Assembly: GCF_000010065.1 (NCBI RefSeq)
Contig: NC_006576.1
Coordinates: 30,001 to 62,000, forward strand
Origin: Synechococcus elongatus PCC 6301
Lineage (GTDB): Bacteria; Cyanobacteriota; Cyanobacteriia; Synechococcales; Synechococcaceae
DNA: 32,000 nucleotides
Reading direction: 5' to 3'
The position numbers were made by a program, and so were the translations under genes. Positions 7,549 through 16,111 of this stretch are shown piece after piece (position 1 is the first letter of the stretch; each line of letters opens with the position of its first letter). The notes beneath the pieces were generated by a model. The model saw only the letters and a list, made by a program, of their open reading frames with translations, ran no database searches and was not told where the DNA came from.

Positions 7549-9594
7549 ATGACCATTACTTTCGGCCGAGAGATTTGTAGTGATCTCGCGATCGCCCAGC
7601 AGCGCGAATGGCTGGTCACTAACGGAATTGGTGGTTACGCCTCAGGCACGGTCGCTGGACTTCCGACTCGCAGCTACCACGGACTTTTAGTAGCAGCGCT
7701 GAAGCCACCCCTCGATCGCACCTTGCTAGTCACACATCTCGATGAGCAAGTCGACTATGGCAAGCTATCGCTGCCTTTGAGTACGACCCGCTGGGTTGAC
7801 GGCACCGTTGCTCCTCGAGGCTACGAGCAGATTGAGCAGTTTGGGTTGGAGGGCACCATACCGGTCTGGCAATTTGCGATCGCCGATGCCCGACTAGAAA
7901 AGCGAATCTGGATGGAGCCGGGCGCCAACACCACCCTTATTTCCTATCGTTTTGAACGGGGCAGTCTGCCGCTGCAGCTTACCGTTAAGGGGCTGGTCAA
8001 CTATCGCGGTTACCACAGTCGCACCCAGGCGGGCGATTGGCGCATGGATGTGCAGCCCGTCGATCGCGGCTTGAAGGTAACAGCTTTTCCAGAAGCGACT
8101 CCTTTCTATTTGTTCGCAACTTGGGGCAAGTGGGCGATCGCCCCTGAGTGGTATCGCGACTTTGAGCTGGCAGTTGAGGCCGAACGAGGACTGGACGATC
8201 GCGATGACAACCTGAGGGTGGGTTCGCTGACGGTGACGCTCAATCCCGGTGAGACGCTTTGCCTTATTGCCAGTACTGAAGCCAGCCCGGATCTGGATGC
8301 GGCGGCTTCCCTCCAGCGCTACCAAGATCGGACGCAAGCCAAGCTCCAACAATGGCAGGCAGCGAATCCGACCTTGGCGGATCAAGCCCCTGATTGGGTG
8401 CGGCAACTGGTGTTGGCGGCAGATCAGTTCATTGTCGATCGTCCGCTGCCCAATCATCCCCAGGGCAAAAGCATTCTCGCGGGTTACCACTGGTTCGCCG
8501 ACTGGGGTCGAGACACGATGATCAGCCTACCGGGGTTGACGCTAGCGACAGGTTGGCCCGATCTCGCCCGAGAAATTCTGCTCACGTTCGCCCAGTTTGT
8601 TAGTCAGGGAATGTTGCCTAATCGCTTCCCTGACGATGGCAATCCCCTCACCGATGCCGACTACAACACGGTGGATGCCACCCTTTGGTATGTGGAAGCT
8701 GTCCGTCAATACCTCGATTGCAGTGGGGATAAGACGCTACTGGCCGAGATTTTTCCAGTGCTGCAGAACATCATTGGCTGGCATCAACGGGGCACCCGCT
8801 TCAATATTCACCTTGATCCTCAAGATGGTCTGCTGACTGCGGGAGCAGCAGGTGTGCAGCTCACTTGGATGGATGCCAAAGTTGGCGACTGGGTAGTGAC
8901 GCCTCGCATTGGTAAGCCAGTCGAGATCAATGCCCTTTGGTATGCCGCCCTGCGATCGCTGGCTCACTTTGCTCGGTGTTTAGGGCAGCCCAGCACTGAC
9001 TACGACCAACTGGCAGAAGCGACCTTGCAGGGATTTCAGCGGTTTTGGCAAGCAGATCGGGGCTACTGTTTCGATGTACTCGACAGCCCCACGGGGTCAG
9101 ATGCTAGCCTACGCCCCAATCAACTGCTAGCAATTTCCCTCGGTTGCGATCGCGATCAGCCGGCACTACTCACGCCTGACCAGCAACAACAGGTGGTGAC
9201 CCTCTGCGGTCAGCAGTTATTAACGTCTTTTGGACTGCGGAGTCTCGATCCTCGTCATCCGCAATATCAGGGGCACTACGGCGGCGACCAAACCCAGCGC
9301 GATGCGGCTTATCACCAAGGCACCGTTTGGGCTCGGCTCTTGGGCTCTTTTGCGATCGCCCACTATGCCGCCTTTGGCGATCGCGCCTTGGCAGCTCAGG
9401 TTTTGCAACCGATCGCCCATCACTTGCAAACTGCAGGGCTGGGAACGATTAGCGAAATCTTTGATGGCGATGCACCCTTTCTCCCGCGCGGCTGCATTGC
9501 CCAAGCTTGGTCCGTGGGTGAAATTCTGCGCGCTTGGACAGTGATTCACCAGACGGCAGTGTCCCCTGATCCTGCTGCGATCGCTCTGACCTGA
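7549..9594 (+). CDS. Archaeal-type glycogen debranching enzyme (GH133 amylo-alpha-1,6-glucosidase domain)
   Basis: 681-aa ORF beginning 12 nt after the GH63 stop codon. N-terminal GDE_N-like block EWLVTNGIGGYASGTVAGLPTRSYHGLLVAAL. C-terminal (alpha/alpha)6 region with GYHWFADWGRDTMISLPGL and QAWSVGEILRAW. Confidence 0.85.
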   Translation: MTITFGREICSDLAIAQQREWLVTNGIGGYASGTVAGLPTRSYHGLLVAALKPPLDRTLLVTHLDEQVDYGKLSLPLSTTRWVDGTVAPRGYEQIEQFGLEGTIPVWQFAIADARLEKRIWMEPGANTTLISYRFERGSLPLQLTVKGLVNYRGYHSRTQAGDWRMDVQPVDRGLKVTAFPEATPFYLFATWGKWAIAPEWYRDFELAVEAERGLDDRDDNLRVGSLTVTLNPGETLCLIASTEASPDLDAAASLQRYQDRTQAKLQQWQAANPTLADQAPDWVRQLVLAADQFIVDRPLPNHPQGKSILAGYHWFADWGRDTMISLPGLTLATGWPDLAREILLTFAQFVSQGMLPNRFPDDGNPLTDADYNTVDATLWYVEAVRQYLDCSGDKTLLAEIFPVLQNIIGWHQRGTRFNIHLDPQDGLLTAGAAGVQLTWMDAKVGDWVVTPRIGKPVEINALWYAALRSLAHFARCLGQPSTDYDQLAEATLQGFQRFWQADRGYCFDVLDSPTGSDASLRPNQLLAISLGCDRDQPALLTPDQQQQVVTLCGQQLLTSFGLRSLDPRHPQYQGHYGGDQTQRDAAYHQGTVWARLLGSFAIAHYAAFGDRALAAQVLQPIAHHLQTAGLGTISEIFDGDAPFLPRGCIAQAWSVGEILRAWTVIHQTAVSPDPAAIALT

Positions 9595-9636
9595 TCACCT
9601 ACCTTGGGCTACTTGACCCGTCTTTCTTAGCTGCCC

Positions 9637-11028
9637 ATGACCCCAGACTCCCACAGCTTTGTCTCCTCGCTCCTCGCATCACGGATGCGATTCCGACGCT
9701 TTCTCGAAGCCTCTGAGGGACTTAATCTGGTGCTGCTTTGGGCCGCGATCGCGGGGTTGATGGTCGGGCTGGTGGGTGGCGCTTTTCGTTGGCTGACCTC
9801 GGCTACTCTGAACGGGCGTGTCCGCTGGCTAGCGTCTTTGCCTCAAGGGCCGGAATTAGTTGCCTCAGTCCTGCTGTCTAGCGGGATGGTAGCACTGGGG
9901 TTTTACCTGATGCGCCGCTTCGCTCCCGATACGTCTGGTAGCGGCATTCCCCAAATTGAAGGCTGGCTAGCCGGTTTTTTCTCACTGTTCTGGTGGCGGG
10001 TGTTGCCGGTGAAATTTCTCGCTGGCATTTTGACCCTCGGCAGTGGCATGGTCATGGGTCGCGAAGGCCCGACGATTCAAATGGGCGGTGCGATCGGTCA
10101 GATGGTCTCGGACTGGTTTCGAGCTTCAACCGAGCAAGCGCGGGTGCTGGTGGCAGCGAGTGCTGGGGCTGGTTTAGCAACTGCTTTCAATGCACCCTTA
10201 GCCGGAATCGTCTTCGTTTTTGAAGAAATGCGGCCCACCTTTCAGAATCGCCTGAGAGCTTATCAGGCCGTGACGATCGCCTGCATTACCGCGACGATTG
10301 GTCTCCAGCTCCTACTCGGCAAAGGACCCACGATTGAGCTGGCGCAGTTTGGGGCGCCGCCCCTCTCCTCTCTCTGGGTGTTTGTGCTGCTGGGGCTGGC
10401 TTGTGGAGCGATCGGCTATAGCTTTAACCGGCTGCTGGTCTGGAGTCTCAACTGCTTTGCCACCCTCCATGGACTGCCCCTGCGGCTAACAGGGCTGGGC
10501 GTTGGTGGTTTCATTGGCTTGGTCAGCTGGCTCTATCCTCCCGCAACCAACAGTGGCGAAAATCTGGTGCTTTGGGCGTTTGATACGGTCGAGCCGATCC
10601 ACACATTGCTGTTACTGTGCAGCCTGCGATTTGCCCTGACGCTCCTCTGTTATGGCTCCGGCGCACCGGGCGGGATCTTTGCTCCACTGCTCTCGATCGC
10701 TACTTTGTTTTCTCTAGGATTGGGGCAATTAACGATCGACTGGTTGCCAGGATTATTGCTGCCGCCGGAGGTACTTGCGATCGCGGGGATGGGAGCATTC
10801 GTTGCGGCCACCATTCAGTCACCGCTGACCGCCATTTTGTTAACGACTGAAATTACCAGTAACTATCAACTCATCCTGCCGATCATGGTGAGTTGCTCGG
10901 CAGCAACCCTGATCGCTCATGGACTGGGCAGCCGCCCCATCTATACGGTCTTGCTCGAACGGCAACTGGCTAAGGCAGGGATTGCTGTGCCAACACCGAA
11001 GGCTCAGAATGGGGCGATCGATCTTTAG
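9637..11028 (+). CDS. Canonical CLC-type Cl-/H+ antiporter (ClC-ec1-like, no cytoplasmic domain)
   Basis: 463-aa ORF. All CLC signature segments are intact: GSGIPQIEG, GREGPTIQMGG, FVFEEMRP, GGIFAP, SNYQLILP. Confidence 0.9.
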   Translation: MTPDSHSFVSSLLASRMRFRRFLEASEGLNLVLLWAAIAGLMVGLVGGAFRWLTSATLNGRVRWLASLPQGPELVASVLLSSGMVALGFYLMRRFAPDTSGSGIPQIEGWLAGFFSLFWWRVLPVKFLAGILTLGSGMVMGREGPTIQMGGAIGQMVSDWFRASTEQARVLVAASAGAGLATAFNAPLAGIVFVFEEMRPTFQNRLRAYQAVTIACITATIGLQLLLGKGPTIELAQFGAPPLSSLWVFVLLGLACGAIGYSFNRLLVWSLNCFATLHGLPLRLTGLGVGGFIGLVSWLYPPATNSGENLVLWAFDTVEPIHTLLLLCSLRFALTLLCYGSGAPGGIFAPLLSIATLFSLGLGQLTIDWLPGLLLPPEVLAIAGMGAFVAATIQSPLTAILLTTEITSNYQLILPIMVSCSAATLIAHGLGSRPIYTVLLERQLAKAGIAVPTPKAQNGAIDL

Positions 11029-11229
11029 CAAAGTATCTGCAGATTACCCACAGCAGCCATTGTTTTAGCTGAGACTGTCTCAAGGGCGAAACAAGGAGAC
11101 TTAAGTTGTCCTAGAGGTAGAGGATTGTCCTCTTCACTAACCGTCCTAACTAGACGAGAGACCGCTCTAAATGAGGTTAGAGCTTTGATAGCAACAGCCT
11201 CATTCATCTGCCCCGAAAACGATCGCGTC

Positions 11230-12984
11230 TTACATCCGCTCCAGCACCGAGATTCCCAGCAGCGATAGGCCTAGCTTGAGAGTTCGTGCCGTCAAGTCGC
11301 AGAGCAATAGACGGCTGGTGCGCTGGGGTTCTTCCGCGTTGAGAATTGGGCAGCGATCGTAGAACTGGTTGAAGGTTTGGCTCAGTTCAAACAGATAGCT
11401 GCAAAGGCGATTTGGCAGCAGGTCGCGGGCGACTTCATCTAGGACTTCACCTAGTTGCAACACTTGCTTCGCCAGCGATCGCTCAGTGGGTTCCGTCAGC
11501 TCTGCAGCCACGGGATCCAGTTGCGCAAAATCAATGCCACCTTTGCGAGCAATGCCCTGAATCCGCACGTAGGCGTAGAGCAGATAAGGCGCCGTATTGC
11601 CTTGCAGCGCCAGCATCTTGTCAAAGCTAAAGATGTAGTTGCTGTTGCGGTTCTGGCTAAGGTCAGCGTACTTCACCGCGCCAAGACCAACCGCTTGCGC
11701 CACGGCTTCAATAAATTCCGGGGTTTCCGATCGCTCTTCAGCAGCAATGCGGGTCGTCAGATCCGTGCGAGCCCGATCGACCGCTTCATCTAGCAGATCC
11801 CGCAGACGGACCGTGTCACCAGCGCGAGTTTTCAGCTTTTTACCGTCTTCTCCCTGCACTAGCCCAAAAGGGACATGCTCAATCTGCGCAGCCGCTGGCA
11901 ACCAACCCGCTCGTTGCGCCACTTGGAAAACTTGGGCAAAGTGATTGGCCTGCCCCGAATCCGTAACGTAGATAATCCGCTGGGCCTGATCTTGACCCAG
12001 GCGATAACGCAGTGCTGCCAAATCCGTCGTGGCGTAGTTATAGCCACCGTCACTTTTCTGGACAATCAGCGGCAAGGGCTGACCTTCTTTGTTCTGGAAG
12101 CCCTCCAGAAACACGCATTGTGCGCCCTGGTCTTCCACCAGCAGACCCAGTCGCCGCAGGTCTTCAACGATCGCTGGCAGATAGGGATTGTAGAAGCTCT
12201 CACCCCGTTCTTCGAGCTGAATATCGAGGCGATCGTAGATTTTCTGAAATTCGCGCCGCGATTGATCGCAAAGCAACTGCCATGCCTGACGCGCCGTAGC
12301 TTCACCCGACTGCAGATCGACCACGCGCTGCCGAGCCGTCTCTTGGAAGCTCGGGTCTTCGTCAAAGCGCGCCTTGGCCTGTTTGTAGAACGCTACCAAG
12401 TCACTGATATCCAGTGCATCTGGCTGACTGAGGGCCTGCGGATATTGCTCCTGCAGGAAGGCAATCAACATGCCAAACTGGGTGCCCCAATCGCCGACGT
12501 GGTTGAGCCGCAGCACCTCATGGCCTTGGAACTCCAGCACCCGCGCAATACTGTCACCAATAATCGTCGATCGCAGGTGACCAACATGCATTTCCTTGGC
12601 AATGTTGGGGCTAGAAAAGTCGACGATCACGCGCTGCGGTGGGCTGACCGGTTGAATCCCTAGCCGTTCATCCGTCTGCAGTTGTTGCAGTTGCGCAACT
12701 AAATAGGACGGCTGCAGCGTGAAGTTGATGAAGCCCGGCCCCGCGATCGCAGGCGGTTCACAGAGATCGGCCAGATTAAGATTTTGAACAAGGGTTTCTG
12801 CGATCGCCCGAGGTGGTTGGCCAAGTTGCTTCGCCAAAGACATTGCCACATTCGACTGATAGTCGCCGAACTTAGGATTGGTGGCGGGCACAAGCAGAGG
12901 ATCCGTCGCTGCCCACTCGGGACCAAAGCTCGCGGCCAATGCCGCTTGAAAGCGATCGCGAAGTTGCGCGAGAGGGGCAGCCAT
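11230..12984 (-). CDS. argS: Arginyl-tRNA synthetase
   Basis: The ORF is open to 13002 ([10 protein letters not shown]...). The start at M7 (12984, [12 protein letters not shown]...) matches the usual ArgS N-terminus, although the ATG at 13002 has GGAGA 11 nt upstream, so both remain possible. Class I HIGH motif (EMHVGHLRS), the tRNA-binding and anticodon-binding regions, and the C-terminal ...LGISVLERM are typical of ArgS. Confidence 0.95.
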   Translation of the reverse strand: MAAPLAQLRDRFQAALAASFGPEWAATDPLLVPATNPKFGDYQSNVAMSLAKQLGQPPRAIAETLVQNLNLADLCEPPAIAGPGFINFTLQPSYLVAQLQQLQTDERLGIQPVSPPQRVIVDFSSPNIAKEMHVGHLRSTIIGDSIARVLEFQGHEVLRLNHVGDWGTQFGMLIAFLQEQYPQALSQPDALDISDLVAFYKQAKARFDEDPSFQETARQRVVDLQSGEATARQAWQLLCDQSRREFQKIYDRLDIQLEERGESFYNPYLPAIVEDLRRLGLLVEDQGAQCVFLEGFQNKEGQPLPLIVQKSDGGYNYATTDLAALRYRLGQDQAQRIIYVTDSGQANHFAQVFQVAQRAGWLPAAAQIEHVPFGLVQGEDGKKLKTRAGDTVRLRDLLDEAVDRARTDLTTRIAAEERSETPEFIEAVAQAVGLGAVKYADLSQNRNSNYIFSFDKMLALQGNTAPYLLYAYVRIQGIARKGGIDFAQLDPVAAELTEPTERSLAKQVLQLGEVLDEVARDLLPNRLCSYLFELSQTFNQFYDRCPILNAEEPQRTSRLLLCDLTARTLKLGLSLLGISVLERM

Positions 12985-13140
12985 TACCAAAATCTTGAGC
13001 ATGCTTGGGACAATCTCCCCATCATCTCACCGTTCAGCAGCCGTCAGCCCGCAGGCAGTCTCAGCAGTCGAGGCTTGAGCAGAGACAGGGTCTTGAGTGA
13101 GCACGATGATTCTGGACTGCAGGCAAGATCTAGGCGAGGC

Positions 13141-13980
13141 CTAACCCTCGACCGAGACTTCTTCTTCAGGGCGATCGCTGCAGAGGAATTTCACCAGAAC
13201 AGTTCCAAACAAATAGAGCGCTGTTACGGCGCCGGCCAGCAAGCTTTGGGTCAGTGGATCGGTCGAAGGCGTTAGCACGGCGCCCAGAACGACAGCAGCC
13301 AGCAGTACATAGCGCCAGCCCGCCAGCATACGCCGGGCATCCACAATTCCCAGTGCACCTAAAATGAGCTGCACCACGGGAACCTGAAACGCCAGGCCCG
13401 TGCTGAACAACAGCAACAGCACAAACTCGAAGTAGCGCTCGATCGACCAAATTTGCTCGACGACATCCGCGCCGTAACTGGCAAAAAAGTTGAGTGCTGC
13501 TGGAATCAATAGCCAGTAAGCAAAGCCCAAACCCGCCCAAAACAGCACCGAGGAGCCTAAGACCACGGGTGTGAGGATGCGTCGTTCACGTCGGGTGAGC
13601 CCGGGCAAAACAAAGCGGATGACGTGGTAGAGGATGATTGGGCTGGCCAACAAGAGGCCGCTGTAGCCTGCGACTTTGATCGAAACAAAGAAGAACTCGC
13701 CAGGTGAAAGCTGCAGGAAGCGAATCCCTTGGGCGGGGCGCTCCAAAAATGCCACCAGCGGACGCACGCCGACGAAGCAGGCGATCGCACTCACCGCCAC
13801 CGCTGCCACACTGTAAAACAGACGCTGCCGCAGTTCTTCGAGGTGATCGAACAACGACATTTCCACATCGTCTTCGGGCAATGCCTCTGCCTCAGGTTCC
13901 GGTTCTGAGGCCGGAGTCTCCGAAGGACGATAGAGGGTCGGCGCTGCCGTAGTTTCCAGATCGGAGGAGGGTGGCGTCAT
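13141..13980 (-). CDS. tatC: Twin-arginine translocase subunit TatC
   Basis: 279-aa ORF. An acidic N-terminal extension precedes the TatC core ([17 protein letters not shown]...), and six hydrophobic helices are visible. Confidence 0.95.
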   Translation of the reverse strand: MTPPSSDLETTAAPTLYRPSETPASEPEPEAEALPEDDVEMSLFDHLEELRQRLFYSVAAVAVSAIACFVGVRPLVAFLERPAQGIRFLQLSPGEFFFVSIKVAGYSGLLLASPIILYHVIRFVLPGLTRRERRILTPVVLGSSVLFWAGLGFAYWLLIPAALNFFASYGADVVEQIWSIERYFEFVLLLLFSTGLAFQVPVVQLILGALGIVDARRMLAGWRYVLLAAVVLGAVLTPSTDPLTQSLLAGAVTALYLFGTVLVKFLCSDRPEEEVSVEG

Positions 13981-14155
13981 GATTCACCAGCGCAGCAGTC
14001 TTTCCCATTGTGGAGTACCTCGCGGCAATGCGAGAGTCCCCGGCTCGACTCAGCAGTGCTTGGCAGTAGTTGGGCGATCGCGCCAAGCAGTCTGAGAGAA
14101 AGGTTAGCGTCTCGAATTATGAGGGATAACTCTGACCGCCTCGATTGGTTCGCCT

Positions 14156-14341
14156 TCACTTGACCAAGGTCTCGAAGATTTGATTGCCGCTCCCGGTATC
14201 AATAAGTGGCATTAGATCTTTGTAGAGGCTCTCAGCTTCGAGCAGTGGCAGCGGCAACGGATTAAAGGGGTTAACTCTCCAGAAGCTCCCTGCAAGGAGA
14301 ATCAAAAGCAGACTTGCTATCTGGGGGCATGGTATCAGCAC
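14156..14341 (-). CDS. Hypothetical 61-aa protein with a hydrophobic N-terminus (GTG start); may not be real
   Basis: ORF-track entry only. It lies upstream of tatC in the same direction, with no ATG start, no obvious SD and no recognisable motif. Confidence 0.2.
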   Translation of the reverse strand: MLIPCPQIASLLLILLAGSFWRVNPFNPLPLPLLEAESLYKDLMPLIDTGSGNQIFETLVK

Positions 14342-14375
14342 TCAGATATAGAGAGTCTCAGATTCTCAAAAAATC

Positions 14376-14927
14376 ATGGCAAAACTCACTTCTATCTCCC
14401 ACCCACTCAGAGTTGATTTTCTTCCTCCTAGTAGTCACGGTCTTGCGGGTCAGTTGGGGATGACCCTCGCTCCAGGACGTAAAAGTCAGGGTCTCATCGG
14501 TCAGTGGGATCGTGATTTGATCACGGATCTCGAACGTCTCAAGCATCACTATCTCTGCGATCGCCTCGTTTCCCTCATTGAAGACCACGAACTTGTAGCG
14601 ATAGGAATTCCTACACTCTACGAAGCAGTCCGGCAGCAGGGGATTGCGCTCTCACGTCTAGCCATTGTCGATGGCGGAACACCGACTGACTTAGAGACTT
14701 ATCAATTACTCATTACAGATTTAATTCAAGCGCTATCTGCGAGGGAAACGATTGTCATTCACTGTCATGCAGGTCTGGGGCGTACGGGTATGTTGGCTGC
14801 ATCTATTCTAGTCACCAAAGGACAACCCCCTGAAGCCGCGATCGCAGCCGTACGAGCACTTCGTCCACGAGCGATCGAAACTCATGCTCAAGAACAAATC
14901 ATTTACAAAATTGCAGCGAAAATCTAG
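14376..14927 (+). CDS. Cys-based protein phosphatase of the dual-specificity/PTP superfamily
   Basis: 183-aa ORF with the CX5R P-loop HCHAGLGRTG in the expected position near the C-terminal third. The 76-aa ORF overlapping on the minus strand has no support. Confidence 0.85.
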   Translation: MAKLTSISHPLRVDFLPPSSHGLAGQLGMTLAPGRKSQGLIGQWDRDLITDLERLKHHYLCDRLVSLIEDHELVAIGIPTLYEAVRQQGIALSRLAIVDGGTPTDLETYQLLITDLIQALSARETIVIHCHAGLGRTGMLAASILVTKGQPPEAAIAAVRALRPRAIETHAQEQIIYKIAAKI

Positions 14928-14980
14928 CCCTGATGAACTATAAAGCCTGGAATGCTCACTCGCTGAATGATCAATTGCTG

Positions 14981-15472
14981 TTAGCGATCGAAGACAGCCA
15001 CATCAAAATCGTCGATCTTCCAGCCTTTACCCTCGCGGAGGAACGTCACCGTTAGATCTTGGCTCTGACCATTGCGGAGGGAGAGAGTGACCGGCAGGAC
15101 AACGCGATCGCCCTGCAGATCGGGCTTGCCTGGCCGCGATCGCAGATACTGCCGCAGGCCAGTTCGCTGCAGCACTCGCTTGAATTCCTTGAACGGCACA
15201 CGACCTTTATAGGCAGGTGTCAGGCTGGCGTAAGCCGCTTCGAGGCGACCTTGACCGATCATCGCCACAAATTCGCCTAGCGCCTCAGTCAGGCCGCGGC
15301 TCCCAAGAACAATGCGAATCGCTTGAAAGCTCCAAATACCTATCAGCGTCCCAAGAACGATGATGAGCGTGAGCGCGGGATCCGGAAGGAGCTGCAAGAA
15401 TTCCATGGACAGTTGCTGGGCACTGACTCCATTCTCTGTCACAACGGCTGGGGGGTAAAACGCCGAAGCCAA
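14981..15472 (-). CDS. Hypothetical membrane-anchored protein (one N-terminal TM helix plus a small soluble domain)
   Basis: 163 aa from a TTG start. An internal ATG at 15406 (MEFLQLLPDPALTLIIVLGTLIGIWSF...) would give 141 aa and place the TM helix at the N-terminus. The soluble part (LRNGQSQDLTVTFLREGKGWKIDDFD) looks like a small alpha+beta cone-type domain. No family is assigned with confidence. Confidence 0.6.
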   Translation of the reverse strand: MASAFYPPAVVTENGVSAQQLSMEFLQLLPDPALTLIIVLGTLIGIWSFQAIRIVLGSRGLTEALGEFVAMIGQGRLEAAYASLTPAYKGRVPFKEFKRVLQRTGLRQYLRSRPGKPDLQGDRVVLPVTLSLRNGQSQDLTVTFLREGKGWKIDDFDVAVFDR

Positions 15473-15861
15473 GCGACAACCTAGCCATCGTGTGGCTCCG
15501 GACGCTGCTTGGGTCGCATGGCATAAGTCACAGTCTCGAAAGCAACTGGATTAAATGCTCGTCGTTCTTGACTGAAAATCAATCAGCCCTAGCCCTAATC
15601 AAATGGCGATCGCTCATCGCTAGCGATCTGAATAATTCACCTGGGTTAAGAATTAATTACTTGGGCCAGCAAAGAGAGTGATTCAATCTAGATTTTTTAT
15701 TCTCACGGGGATTTGCAAAATTGGTGGTAGATATCTTGTTTAGCTCACGCCGCACAAGAACACGAATGTCGGGTCAGTGGTGCTAGGTGTCTTGATCCTT
15801 GGCTTGGATTGAGTGGTCCCAATCCTGTTACCGACTCACTTTGGTTGAGCCTTCACCACCT

Positions 15862-16050
15862 ATGGCGCTATCTTTGCTGCATTATCGATTGCTTGGAATT
15901 GGCTTATGGATCGCATTAATCCTGACAAGTTTGATCTGCTGGGGGTCCGGATTGTTTTGTGAGGTGTTTTGGTCATTATGTATGCCCCTAGAGGCTGGCG
16001 ATCGCGCCTCAATACTCGGCATAATTGAGTTCAGACTTAATCTGGCTTAA
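15862..16050 (+). CDS. Hypothetical 62-aa small membrane peptide; may not be real
   Basis: ATG at 15862 inside the 15799-16050 ORF. It contains one clear hydrophobic helix ([23 protein letters not shown]) and lies in a 639-nt gap that is otherwise gene-free. No SD and no recognisable homology. Confidence 0.2.
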   Translation: MALSLLHYRLLGIGLWIALILTSLICWGSGLFCEVFWSLCMPLEAGDRASILGIIEFRLNLA

Positions 16051-16111
16051 ATCTCAATCAGCTGCCGACTGACAGTCATTCATCGTTGCTTCCCCTGCAC
16101 TCCTCTTTCAC

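Noticed and set aside
7894-8490. 198-aa minus-strand ORF inside the debranching-enzyme gene
   Set aside because: This is the same antisense artefact. It has no motif, no start context and is fully embedded in a well-supported gene.
11025-11207. 60-aa minus-strand ORF in the convergent ClC/argS spacer
   Set aside because: It sits just at the size cut-off and has no SD or motif. The region is better explained by 3'-end hairpins: AATGAGG/CCTCATT, AGAGGA/TCCTCT and the palindromes ATCTGCAGAT and GAGACTGTCTC.
11875-12663. 262-aa plus-strand ORF lying entirely inside argS on the opposite strand
   Set aside because: It is antisense to a gene with unambiguous ArgS motifs. The translation is Arg/Leu-rich with no recognisable motif. 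Long open antisense frames are expected when the sense gene avoids the CTA/TTA/TCA codons.
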